A stretch of 24,165 nucleotides of DNA from a bacterium (GCA_043801585.1 JAZDLX010000046.1:1-24165), one strand, 5' to 3'; counted from the first letter of the stretch, positions 1 through 8,994 are shown. Program-made: numbers and translations. The notes: a model not told the origin generated them from the letters alone.

Positions 1-469
1 GTCAATATACACAGCATCCCCACACCTTCCTCCCCGCACCTGATAAGCCGTTCAGAATCGTGAACCCCGGAGGGGTTTTCCCGTATCGATGTGGCGATCT
101 GTCCGACAGGCAAAGAAGTGGCTCCGGCAGCGCCGTTTCACCTTTTTTGTAAAAGAACGATCAGGGCCGAAAAGATCGGCGTAATTCCGTTACAAATTAC
201 AATCATGCTCGAGAAAAAATTCTCTCTTTCACGCTACACATGCGAGATGAACCGAGAGTGTTATTAGATTGTTGCCAATAGTGGCGAACGCCAGTGAGGT
301 GACACTTCTCCACAGGAACGGTCCTCCGTTTTCCCGGAACGGTCAACCCGCCATGACAGTCGCAATAAACTGGCCGACATCACGAGCATAGAGCGCCATT
401 TCGATGGTTTGCTGGTGTACCCGGCTTCCCGCCGACAGGCATGGATAGCTGGTCTTCATGGGGAACTTG

Positions 470-1942
470 ATGAACGCTCTGCTGATCTATCCTGACGTTC
501 CCGATACGTTCTGGAGTTTCAAGTACGCCCTGCGTTTCGTTTCGCTTAAATCCACGGCTCCGCCGCTCGGGCTGCTGACGGTTGCGGCGATGCTTCCCGA
601 CGACTGGACTCTCCGTCTCGTCGATCTGAAAGTGACCAGACTCCGCAAACGTGACCTTGAGTGGGCGGAGATTGTCTTCATCAGCGCCATGCAGGTGCAG
701 CGTGAGTCCGTGCTCCACATCGTCCAGGAGTGCCATCACTACAACCTGCGAATTGTCGCCGGGGGGCCGTTGTTCACAGCCTATCACTCCGAATTCACGG
801 GGATTGACCACTTTGTTCTGAACGATGCCGAGGAGACGCTTCCGCTGTTTCTGGACGATCTGGCGCGAGGCGAAGCCAAGCCGCTCTATGCCACGGACAC
901 CTTTCCTCCGATGAAATTGACCCCGGTTCCGCGCTGGGAACTCGTCCGTCTCAACCGCTACGCCGAGATCAGCATACAGTATTCCCGGGGCTGCCCCTAC
1001 GACTGCGATTTCTGCGACATCGGCGTCTTGTTCGGCAGAAAGATTCGCACGAAAAGCCCGGAGCAGATCCTTCTCGAGCTGGATAAATTGTATGCGTTGA
1101 AATGGCGTGGAGAAGTCTTCTTCGTTGACGACAACTTCATCGGCAACAAAACCAAGTTGAAGCGGGATCTGCTTCCGGCTCTGTTGCAATGGCAGACTCG
1201 CCACGGTTTCCCGTTCACCTTCAGCTCGGAAGCCTCGATCGATCTCGCGGAAGACGACGATCTGATACAAAGCATGGTGGCGGTGGGATTCACCTCGATC
1301 TTCATCGGTGTCGAGACGACCAACGAAACCGCGCTTGCGGAGTGCAACAAACTGCACAACACCCGAAACGACCCCCTCGAATCCGTCCGCCGGATTCACG
1401 AACGCGGAATGATGGTCAAGGGAGGTTTCATCGTCGGGTTCGACAGCGACGACGCAACGATCTTCGACAAGATGGCCGCCTTCATTCAGGCCAGCGGAAT
1501 CGTTACCGCGATGGTCGGCCTGCTGAACGCACCGAAGGGCACACAACTGTACAAGCGGCTGCTGGGCGAGAACCGAATCCTGCAAAACTCAACAGGCGAC
1601 AACACGGATTCAACAATCAATTTCATACCACGGATGGACTTGACGACACTCGTCCAAGGGTACCAGAAGATCATCGAGGAGATCTACACTCCCCGGCAGT
1701 ACTACGAGCGTGTACGCACATTTCTCCGTGATTTTCCGAAGAAAAAGCTGAGAGGACGAATCGGTATCAGGGACATCTCGGCTCTTTTCAAATCCTTCTT
1801 CATCCTCGGAGTGATCGGCAAGGAGCGGGTACAGTACTGGCGGCTGCTGTTCTGGACGCTCTTCCGCCGGCCCCGTCATCTCGCACTTGCGGTGACTCTT
1901 GCGATTTACGGATTCCACTTCCGCAAGGTGTTCAACGTCTGA
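470..1942 (+). CDS. B12-binding domain radical SAM protein (C-terminus resembles DUF4070)
   Basis: CxxxCxxC motif (RGCPYDCDFC), N-terminal cobalamin-binding-like region (PPLGLLTVAAMLP...IVAGGP), FFVDDNFIG motif. ATG at 470 follows GGGGAA; alternative ATG at 458. Confidence 0.9.
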   Translation: MNALLIYPDVPDTFWSFKYALRFVSLKSTAPPLGLLTVAAMLPDDWTLRLVDLKVTRLRKRDLEWAEIVFISAMQVQRESVLHIVQECHHYNLRIVAGGPLFTAYHSEFTGIDHFVLNDAEETLPLFLDDLARGEAKPLYATDTFPPMKLTPVPRWELVRLNRYAEISIQYSRGCPYDCDFCDIGVLFGRKIRTKSPEQILLELDKLYALKWRGEVFFVDDNFIGNKTKLKRDLLPALLQWQTRHGFPFTFSSEASIDLAEDDDLIQSMVAVGFTSIFIGVETTNETALAECNKLHNTRNDPLESVRRIHERGMMVKGGFIVGFDSDDATIFDKMAAFIQASGIVTAMVGLLNAPKGTQLYKRLLGENRILQNSTGDNTDSTINFIPRMDLTTLVQGYQKIIEEIYTPRQYYERVRTFLRDFPKKKLRGRIGIRDISALFKSFFILGVIGKERVQYWRLLFWTLFRRPRHLALAVTLAIYGFHFRKVFNV

Positions 1943-2170
1943 CGCGATCCGATATTAAAGTGTTCGTTTCCCTTGAACGCATCACCGCCAAGGCAATTAT
2001 CGCCCGTGTGTCCAATGCCGAGGGGGAGATGCTTCAATAATCTCCTGTCAGGGGTTCCCTTTTGCCCGAATCATCATTCCGGGCTACATTTCACCCAATT
2101 CCAACATGCCCTGAGGAAAGACACTCAGGCAAAAAGTCCCAGGGCTCCTGATTGCACCGGGGGGGAGACC

Positions 2171-2479
2171 ATGAAACGAGTGCTTTTCCTGTCCGCCGTG
2201 TTAATCCTGGCGCTCGCGTTGATCGCGGGATGTGCCGCCGGGCCGAATCAGATGGCCAATTCACCCGGTGAGCAGGGTTCTGTCGCCGGTTTCTGGCAGG
2301 GCCTCTGGCACGGTTTCATTCTTCTCTTCACCTTCATCATCTCGTTGTTCAACCACAACGTCCAGATTTACGAGGTGCACAACAACGGCGGCTGGTACAA
2401 CTTCGGATACCTGCTCGGCGTGCTGATCTTCTTCGGCAGCAGCGGTCGTGGAGCTTCCCGCCGTTCACGGCGAAGTTGA
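2171..2479 (+). CDS. Small putative membrane lipoprotein (102 aa), function unknown
   Basis: GGAG RBS before ATG 2171; signal peptide MKRVLFLSAVLILALALIAG-C with lipobox Cys21; hydrophobic segments around GFWQGLWHGF and YEVHNNGGWYNFGYLLG; Arg-rich tail. Confidence 0.8.
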   Translation: MKRVLFLSAVLILALALIAGCAAGPNQMANSPGEQGSVAGFWQGLWHGFILLFTFIISLFNHNVQIYEVHNNGGWYNFGYLLGVLIFFGSSGRGASRRSRRS

Positions 2480-2507
2480 AATCGTCTGCGCTGGAAAACA
2501 AACGCAA

Positions 2508-4043
2508 CTAAAAGCCGTTGGCGTCCGTGAACACTCTTGCTTCCGGGAAAACAAACGTTGTGTCCTTGAGCATCTCGTAGTGGGTACCGAAATACTCATT
2601 GAAGACAATCCTGAAATTGTTGACGGGCGAGGTGGAGTCGCTGAGTACGGTCTGTGCATCCATACCCGGCAGCAGGTAACTGCTTAAAATCATTCTCTCT
2701 GCTTTTGCAATATCTGTGGAATCGGTGACATCAAAATTCGTCGTGTTGTTGGGGCCTTCATCCGCCTGAATGATAATGACGGGCGGAATCTTCGAACGGC
2801 TCAATATGTTCTCGACCAACTCCTCGGTTCGCCTGTTCGCATACTTTACTGCTCTGATGTATCCAACGTTGATGGGGGTGCTCAGTCGTTTCTTCATAGA
2901 GACATAACCCCCGTCATCGTCGTACACAAACGGGTCATGGGGAATCAGGAAGTGGGCAAAGACAAACTTCGGTCCGGGGATGTCGATCGCCTTCTCCATG
3001 TTCTTGAAATGGTTCTGGGCACGTAGCCACTGTGCCCTCGCCGGATGCCATTTCAGATCGAAGAAAGAAAGGAATGGATGAACAATCGTCGTACTGAGGA
3101 AGATGATCGAGAATTCCGACATGTCGTTGTTCAAAATGTTGTAATCGGCATAGGGGTTCACTCGACTCACATTTGCCCATGATCCCGAATTGACCAGCTT
3201 GTATCCCTGGGATCGCAGGAAACGGTGTGCCAGGCTTTCATGTATGAATGCCTTGAGCCCCCTCATGTTGTCCGGGTCAAACTGATGCACCGCCTCCGTG
3301 TTCAGGTACTGAAGGTTCAGGCTGGAGGCCAGCGACAGAGGCGTCGTCACATAATTGCTGGCACTGTACTTTGGTATAAAAAAACCTTTACTCTCAAGGA
3401 AATCAGTGAACGTTGAATTGTCAAATCCATAAAGGGTCTGCAGCTCTTCATTATTGCTGTAGCGGTCGAGGATGATGAAGTAGATATCCGGCAAACCTGA
3501 TTTCGCTTTTACGGAATCAAGGCTCGCCTGCTGATACGTTCGATCAAGAAGATTGTCATAGGAATGATTCGAAAACCCTTTTCTGACAGAGAACAGGACT
3601 GTGATCAGCGCCAGTACGATCAACGATCCCGAGATGACATTGAAAGTACCCGAGACATCTTTGAGGTTTTTCTTCAATCTGAAAAGTATAATATGCGATC
3701 CCAACCCGACTACGCCCCAGATGATCAGAAGCAACAACCCCAGTTTCGTGTGGCTCGTGACACCGAAGAGACTCCACCACAACGGTTTCAGAAATCCATA
3801 GATGTGGCCGAAGGAGAAAAACAGGATCAGGGAGGTCGAAAGGGCGATGGCGCTTTTGTCCGCATGGCGCCGAAACACGACGAAATATTCGATTAGCCAG
3901 AGAATAAAAAAAGTGGTAAGGATGGTCAGCACCCAGAATACAAGGTCACGGAACGCAGCATCTTTGATGTTGTGAGCAAAGAGGGCAAGAGGAGGATAGA
4001 TCGCGAAGAGAAGAACGTGAATGTTGCGGAATCGTTTTTTCAT
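2508..4043 (-). CDS. Membrane-anchored sulfatase-like / LTA-synthase-like phosphotransferase (alkaline phosphatase superfamily)
   Basis: About 5 N-terminal TM helices; metal-ligand motifs PDIYFIILDRY, FAHFLIPHDPF and IIIQADEGP; NYVTT at the nucleophile position. Confidence 0.8.
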   Translation of the reverse strand: MKKRFRNIHVLLFAIYPPLALFAHNIKDAAFRDLVFWVLTILTTFFILWLIEYFVVFRRHADKSAIALSTSLILFFSFGHIYGFLKPLWWSLFGVTSHTKLGLLLLIIWGVVGLGSHIILFRLKKNLKDVSGTFNVISGSLIVLALITVLFSVRKGFSNHSYDNLLDRTYQQASLDSVKAKSGLPDIYFIILDRYSNNEELQTLYGFDNSTFTDFLESKGFFIPKYSASNYVTTPLSLASSLNLQYLNTEAVHQFDPDNMRGLKAFIHESLAHRFLRSQGYKLVNSGSWANVSRVNPYADYNILNNDMSEFSIIFLSTTIVHPFLSFFDLKWHPARAQWLRAQNHFKNMEKAIDIPGPKFVFAHFLIPHDPFVYDDDGGYVSMKKRLSTPINVGYIRAVKYANRRTEELVENILSRSKIPPVIIIQADEGPNNTTNFDVTDSTDIAKAERMILSSYLLPGMDAQTVLSDSTSPVNNFRIVFNEYFGTHYEMLKDTTFVFPEARVFTDANGF

Positions 4044-4053
4044 TCTGACACCA

Positions 4054-5457
4054 TCATCGTTTGCTCATCAGGTACATTGTCCTGAGAGAACCTTCTATCG
4101 TTTCTTTATTGACCAGCTTGAATGTGCTGCTGAATGCCTTTTCGAATCCGCTCTCGTTGTAGTCGGGGAAGATGTCTTCCCTGGTACTCAGCAACCGTTT
4201 TACCTGGCTGTCCTCCTTGGGCACAAATTCGATAATCAGATGTTCGCACAAGGTGCTGAAATACTCCGCGACAACCATCAACGGAACGTTGTTGCTGATG
4301 ACGACATGATGGATCAGCGCCAGTGCGAAAACAGCATCCACTGGACCGCGTTCTGCGAAGGCTTCACGTTCCCGGTTTGCCCACCCAATGCCGGGGCTCG
4401 GATTGCGCAGATCCATTACCAGCGGCAACAGGCTTTTTTCCCCGTTGGCCGCTACCTGCCGATAGTTCTTTTCTACTGCCGCGGGATCGATATCCATCGC
4501 GACCGCGGCAATGCCCCGGTCCGTGGCAATCCTTGTGAACGCTCCCGTGTTGGCGCCGAGATCCCACACCGTTGAGGGTTTGATCTTGTCGAGGAACCGT
4601 TCGATGATCTCCCGCTTCTTGCCGATCGAGTCGTCCGTGTAATTGGTGAAGTCGTAATAGTCGCCCCATTCCGTCCCCACCGGTCGCCATTTCAATCCTC
4701 TGATCGTGCTTTCCAGGTTCACGATCAAGCCCCTCATTGCACTCAGCGACACCCCTTTTCCCCTGGTCTCTGCCGCTTCACTGTCTGCTCCATGACGGCG
4801 TTCAAAACGTGCATGCAGGTGAATGTGCGTGGCCAGGCCAAGATTCAGAAAGCGCGTTCTCCCCGGCAGGTTGGCAGAGGCAAAATCCAACGGAATGCCG
4901 TCAATACAGGTTCTGAACATCAGCCCGAAACGGATATCTCGCAGACTCATCAGTGCGAGCGGCGCAAGGAAATGTCGGCAGAACTGCCCGTAGGCCACCC
5001 ACGCCCCTCCCTCTTCGTATTTCTCGAAAGACAGCGTGTCAATCAGTGTCGGTTTTCCATTGTGAAACTGGATGTTGTAAGCGGAGGCGTCCTTCAGTGA
5101 CATGCCAAAATCAAGAGCGATCTGCTGAATCTTCAACGTTGCCAGCGCCGCATCTTTCAGCATGCTGAAGGACCACTCGTACGGATAGCTGATGAACCTG
5201 ACAGGGTCCGGTTGAATAACCTTGAAGGCAAGTTCCGGCTTCGCAGGCGTTAGGTCGACTTCGTGATGAGGAATCAGGAGTTGCTGTTTTAGCAGCTCAT
5301 CGTATAACCCGCTCGAAGCGAAGAACTCGTAGTTGGCTTGATAGCTCTTGTTGATTTGGCGGTAAAGAAAATCGTCGTGGTGAAAGAGAAACCCACTTGG
5401 GTCACGGAATGATCCACCCAGGACTTCGCCGGCTTTTTCATCACGATGCATTGTCAT
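4054..5457 (-). CDS. NoeA-like protein: N-terminal kinase-like region plus C-terminal class I SAM-dependent methyltransferase
   Basis: GSFRDPSG, ISYPYEW, LKDASAYNIQF, LIDTLSF in the N-half; VWDLGANTG, AMDID and ALALIHH methyltransferase motifs in the C-half. Start taken at ATG 5457 (or 5451), overlapping the upstream small ORF. Confidence 0.8.
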   Translation of the reverse strand: MTMHRDEKAGEVLGGSFRDPSGFLFHHDDFLYRQINKSYQANYEFFASSGLYDELLKQQLLIPHHEVDLTPAKPELAFKVIQPDPVRFISYPYEWSFSMLKDAALATLKIQQIALDFGMSLKDASAYNIQFHNGKPTLIDTLSFEKYEEGGAWVAYGQFCRHFLAPLALMSLRDIRFGLMFRTCIDGIPLDFASANLPGRTRFLNLGLATHIHLHARFERRHGADSEAAETRGKGVSLSAMRGLIVNLESTIRGLKWRPVGTEWGDYYDFTNYTDDSIGKKREIIERFLDKIKPSTVWDLGANTGAFTRIATDRGIAAVAMDIDPAAVEKNYRQVAANGEKSLLPLVMDLRNPSPGIGWANREREAFAERGPVDAVFALALIHHVVISNNVPLMVVAEYFSTLCEHLIIEFVPKEDSQVKRLLSTREDIFPDYNESGFEKAFSSTFKLVNKETIEGSLRTMYLMSKR

Positions 5458-5701
5458 TCTTTTCGTCTTGTTTATCCTGCTGCTCCTTGTTCTTTTTGAA
5501 CAGGGACTTGAACTTTTTCCATTGGATCCGGACAATGAACGCAGTCCCCAGAAATATGGCCAGGACAGTTTGCAGGATCATGCTCCCGGTGCCTGGATCG
5601 AGATATGCATACGCGTTGTTCGGGAGGATGAAAAACACAACGACCAGCATACCCAGAAGTATCGGCCAAGGTGATTGAAAGGATTTCTTTTCTTTGTTCA
5701 A
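5441..5701 (-). CDS. Small membrane protein (about 86 aa) with signal peptide and YLDPGTGS motif
   Basis: AAGGAAGG RBS before an in-frame TTG at 5701; hydrophobic segment ending AYA, then YLDPGTGS, a TM helix and a Lys-rich tail; stop overlaps the start region of the downstream gene. Confidence 0.7.
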   Translation of the reverse strand: MNKEKKSFQSPWPILLGMLVVVFFILPNNAYAYLDPGTGSMILQTVLAIFLGTAFIVRIQWKKFKSLFKKNKEQQDKQDEKNDNAS

Positions 5702-5931
5702 AACGATTTTCCTTCCTTGAATGGACACACACAAGATTTGCCTGTATCGGCTTGAAGAATGGCCTGTAACGTAAGAAAATTTCTCGTAGCATTCAGCACA
5801 TTTTTCGGTTTTGATACCTTTCTCCTCGTGCACTCGTCTTATACGCAGGGTACAGCCCATTGATTGCTTTCAGTACTTAGGCTCCAGAGCCATGAAACCA
5901 CTCTCTTTCCTTTATTCCATCACCTCGAATG

Positions 5932-8403
5932 TCACTGTATGAAGTCACCCTCGTCCTCCGTCCCGTTCCCGTTGTCCTCCGTCGGCTGCTGCTGTCGTTT
6001 TTCGCGGAACTGGTTCAGATTATAACGGAGGGTAATGTTGAAGATCGGCGAGTCCATGCTGAAACGGTTGTAGCTGTAAAGTCCGGCACCCTCCGCAAGC
6101 CGCGTGTGCTCCATTGTCTGGAAAACATCACGCACCTGCAGGATCGCCGTCAGGGAACGGTCGAGGAACGTTTTCTCCACCGCGAGATTTGTCATGTAGA
6201 ACGCCTCACTGCTTCCCTGCGAGGTGATCGTCGGGCTGTTGTAGATTCCGTTCACCTGGAATTTCATCGTCTTCGCGATCTTGAAGGTGGACGACAAACG
6301 CCCGCTCCAGCTGAAGTCTTCGTTGTCCACACCCGGCGCCGCCAAACGGCTGTCGATCCGGTGGTTGTACAGGTTGCCCATCAGGTTAACCGTCCACCAC
6401 CGCGCGAGATCCCCGGCGAACATCACCTCCGCGCCGAAATCGTACGCGGAACCGACATTGTCCACCGTTATCAGCGTTACGCCCTCGTCGTACACACTGC
6501 GCACGAATTCCGTAAGGTTGTGAGTGACCCGGTAGTAGAATTCCGTCGAATGGGAAAACGGTCCGATGGGTATCTGGTAACCGAATTCCCAGGAGTCGAT
6601 CATCTCGGCATCGAGGTTTGGATTCCCACGACGAACCGTGTAGGCGTCTTGCCACGTTTCGAATGGCTCGAGGAACCAACCACGAGGACGGTCGATTCTG
6701 CGTGAATAGCTCGTCATCAGTTGGGTTTTCCGGGGTAGCTGATATGAGAGATGCACCGACGGGTAAATATCTGTTTTGTTCAATGCATAATTCGCTGTGG
6801 TATCCTTGAGGGCGATAGAGCGATCCTCATATTCGCCCCGCAGACCTCCCTGGTAGCCCAGGTTGCCTGATTTGCCCGAGTAGACTGCGAACAGGGAGTG
6901 AATGTCCCGGTCGTAATCGATCCTGTTGGTGTACCGGGACTCCTGGGTGTACTCACCGAGCCCGGTGTCGTACATCTCGAAGCTGTTGTGCTCCTGGGAG
7001 CTTTCCTTCCTCAGTTGATAGCCGGCTTCCAACTTCTGGTCCTCACCGTGGGGCCAGGCGTAGTCCAAGCGGATATCCGTGCGGCGGGATGGTTCACTCT
7101 CCGTGGTTCTCCGGCCGTCGTTGATCGCTCCCGTGTTGTCGATCAGTTGCGTCAGGGTTATGTCATCCCCGTTGCGCCAGCTGCTTTCCAGACGCCCGGT
7201 CAGTTCATGTCCTTTGCGGCCAAATTCTTGGCGGTATTCCGCAAACGCGGAGGCGTTGTTTCGGTTTTCATCGCTGTTGTTGTCGCTCGTGTACCGGGTG
7301 TGCGCAATCACTGTGTCCACCCAGGTGTTGTAGGAAAGCTTGGAATCGTGTCCCCCCGAACGCTTGCCCCAGTTTCCCCCGAACGTGGCCCAGCCCCTGT
7401 CTCCGACATTCAGCTCCACTGAGCCGCGCAACCCGTAGGAAGTCCTCGTTCGTGCCATGTCGCCATCGGACAGGTTGTAATTGGTCACTCCATCCACCGT
7501 GGTACGGGTTTCCGAATAGGAGAACCCCTGGAAATCCCGCTCGCCGTAATTGCCTCCGAGAATCAGGTTCACCCGATCGTTGCGGCGGTTGACAAGGATG
7601 TCCGTGCTTTTCTGGCCGAACGAACCGTAACTGACCGTGGCCATCCCGCTGGTCGTGGCAACCTGGTTTTTCTTCATCACGATGTTGATGATCCCCGAGG
7701 TGCCATCCGGATCGTATTTCGCAGATGGGTTCGTGATGATTTCGATGTTGTCGATGCTGCTGGCAGGAGTCTGCTGCAGCGCCTCGCTGGGATCGAGGAT
7801 CGTTGGACGACCGTCGATCAGTACGGTAAAATTTCCGCTCCCTCGCAGCGAGACGTTGCCCTCGATGTCCACGCTGACGCTTGGCACATTCTCGAGAACG
7901 TCCACCGCCGTACCCGAGGCGGCGGTCGGCTGCTTGCTCACGCGCACCACTTTCTTGTCGATCTGGTACTCCACCGGCGAGCGCTCGATCACATAGTCCA
8001 CATCCTGCATCTTGATGACCGACGGGGCGAGGTGGATCGTCCCCAGGTCCACCGACAGCGACCCCCGTCCGAGACGGATTGAGTCGACGTGGTTTACCTC
8101 GAATCCAATGAACGAGATGTCGGCGTAGTACTGCCCCGGACGAAGACCCGAGAGAACGAAAACACCGTTCTTGTCGGTAATCGTCCCGGTCACCTGTGAG
8201 CTGTCCCGGGCGGAGAAGAGGACTATCGTGGAATACTCGATGGGAATGTCCTGACGTGTATCGACAACATGGCCTGTGATTGTTCCAGTCATCGGAGCAT
8301 TTTCCCCGCCGCCCATGCCGCCGGGAGGCTGGGCAACAGCCAGGGGAGCTGCCATCAGCAGCAGAAAGAAAGCAACTGTTTGAACCGTTCTGGTGATCAT
8401 CAT
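5932..8403 (-). CDS. TonB-dependent receptor / outer-membrane beta-barrel protein with N-terminal carboxypeptidase-regulatory-like domain
   Basis: Signal peptide from MMITRTV; ITGHVVD...GTITDKNGVF...ISFIGF domain; plug motifs LENVPSVSVDIEGNVSLRG and IEIITNPSAKYDPDGTSGIINIV; RRGNPNLDAE barrel motif. Confidence 0.9.
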   Translation of the reverse strand: MMITRTVQTVAFFLLLMAAPLAVAQPPGGMGGGENAPMTGTITGHVVDTRQDIPIEYSTIVLFSARDSSQVTGTITDKNGVFVLSGLRPGQYYADISFIGFEVNHVDSIRLGRGSLSVDLGTIHLAPSVIKMQDVDYVIERSPVEYQIDKKVVRVSKQPTAASGTAVDVLENVPSVSVDIEGNVSLRGSGNFTVLIDGRPTILDPSEALQQTPASSIDNIEIITNPSAKYDPDGTSGIINIVMKKNQVATTSGMATVSYGSFGQKSTDILVNRRNDRVNLILGGNYGERDFQGFSYSETRTTVDGVTNYNLSDGDMARTRTSYGLRGSVELNVGDRGWATFGGNWGKRSGGHDSKLSYNTWVDTVIAHTRYTSDNNSDENRNNASAFAEYRQEFGRKGHELTGRLESSWRNGDDITLTQLIDNTGAINDGRRTTESEPSRRTDIRLDYAWPHGEDQKLEAGYQLRKESSQEHNSFEMYDTGLGEYTQESRYTNRIDYDRDIHSLFAVYSGKSGNLGYQGGLRGEYEDRSIALKDTTANYALNKTDIYPSVHLSYQLPRKTQLMTSYSRRIDRPRGWFLEPFETWQDAYTVRRGNPNLDAEMIDSWEFGYQIPIGPFSHSTEFYYRVTHNLTEFVRSVYDEGVTLITVDNVGSAYDFGAEVMFAGDLARWWTVNLMGNLYNHRIDSRLAAPGVDNEDFSWSGRLSSTFKIAKTMKFQVNGIYNSPTITSQGSSEAFYMTNLAVEKTFLDRSLTAILQVRDVFQTMEHTRLAEGAGLYSYNRFSMDSPIFNITLRYNLNQFREKRQQQPTEDNGNGTEDEGDFIQ

Positions 8404-8835
8404 CGCACGCTCTTCTTCCTGATATCCGTGCTTCCACGGCACCTCAATGTTGACAGTTAAACACCTGCTTTTACTGCAAAAAGCACGCCGTCTTTCCACA
8501 TCTCGGCGTTGAGCTTGAAAAACCATGCTGACACACGGATTCCACTGCATTCGCTGAAGAACCAGACGGGGCCGGAGATCCGTGCGCTCGGCAAAATGCC
8601 CGAGCGATTCGGCAGTATTACCGAATCATGATTGGCGTTAATCTATGTAGAAATACACCTCCGTACATCACCGATTGTTCCCGGAAACAGGCTTCCAACA
8701 TGTGATTATTTCTGGAAAACAACCCTCCGTATCTCCATGAGAGCCCTGCGGATAGCCTCCAAAAGGGAATCAACCCGGACATGCCTGCCCGGGGGAAACG
8801 GAAGTCCCGGTAATCCGCATTCGTTTCAGAAGACT

Positions 8836-8883
8836 GTGTAGCCCGGTCCTGTCCCGAAACGTCGGGATGCCCCGCCAGCCGGG
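8836..8883 (+). repeat. GTAG/GTGG-type REP-like palindrome with a 20-nt internal insertion
   Basis: GTGTAGCCCGGT-[CCTGTCCCGAAACGTCGGGA]-TGCCCCGCCAGCCGGG matches the uninterrupted copy at 11633-11660. Confidence 0.7.
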
Positions 8884-8940
8884 AAAAAGACCTGGGCCCG
8901 CATTCCCGGACCACCCCCTCGGCGGAGGTGTCTGGTTGGC

Positions 8941-8994
8941 CAAAAGTGACCGTTTCCTTTGAAGGCGGTTTATCAGAGGAAACGGTCACTTTTG
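8941..8994. terminator. Long hairpin, probable (bidirectional) intrinsic terminator of the ABC operon
   Basis: Perfect 18-bp inverted repeat CAAAAGTGACCGTTTCCT / AGGAAACGGTCACTTTTG, extendable to 22 bp with one G-U pair; ends in TTTTG on both strands; about 150 bp downstream of the permease stop. Confidence 0.7.

Noticed and set aside
1..457. Riboswitch or RNA gene upstream of the radical SAM gene
   Set aside because: Only short hairpins are present; no tRNA, cobalamin or SAM riboswitch consensus was recognised.
380..1585. Long antisense or alternate-frame ORFs (e.g. 380-1585, 7268-8437, 11549-12490, 12553-13713, 14713-15984, 20142-20963)
   Set aside because: They overlap well-supported genes and show no motifs; such shadow ORFs are expected from GC-rich codon bias.
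2017..2143. Glycine-riboswitch-like fragments (GCCGAGGG...TGTCAGG; CACTCAGGCAAAAAG)
   Set aside because: The conserved GGAGA and CCGAAG elements are not properly placed and the downstream gene has no glycine link; an Rfam scan would settle it.
1973..2170. N-terminal extension of ORF 1973-2479
   Set aside because: The RBS and signal peptide point to ATG 2171; the upstream residues look non-coding.
8541..8586. Cobalamin-riboswitch-like words (CCACTG...GAAG...GCCGGAGATCC) near the TonB receptor
   Set aside because: They lie on the strand opposite to the receptor, and the 5' GGGAA/core elements are missing.
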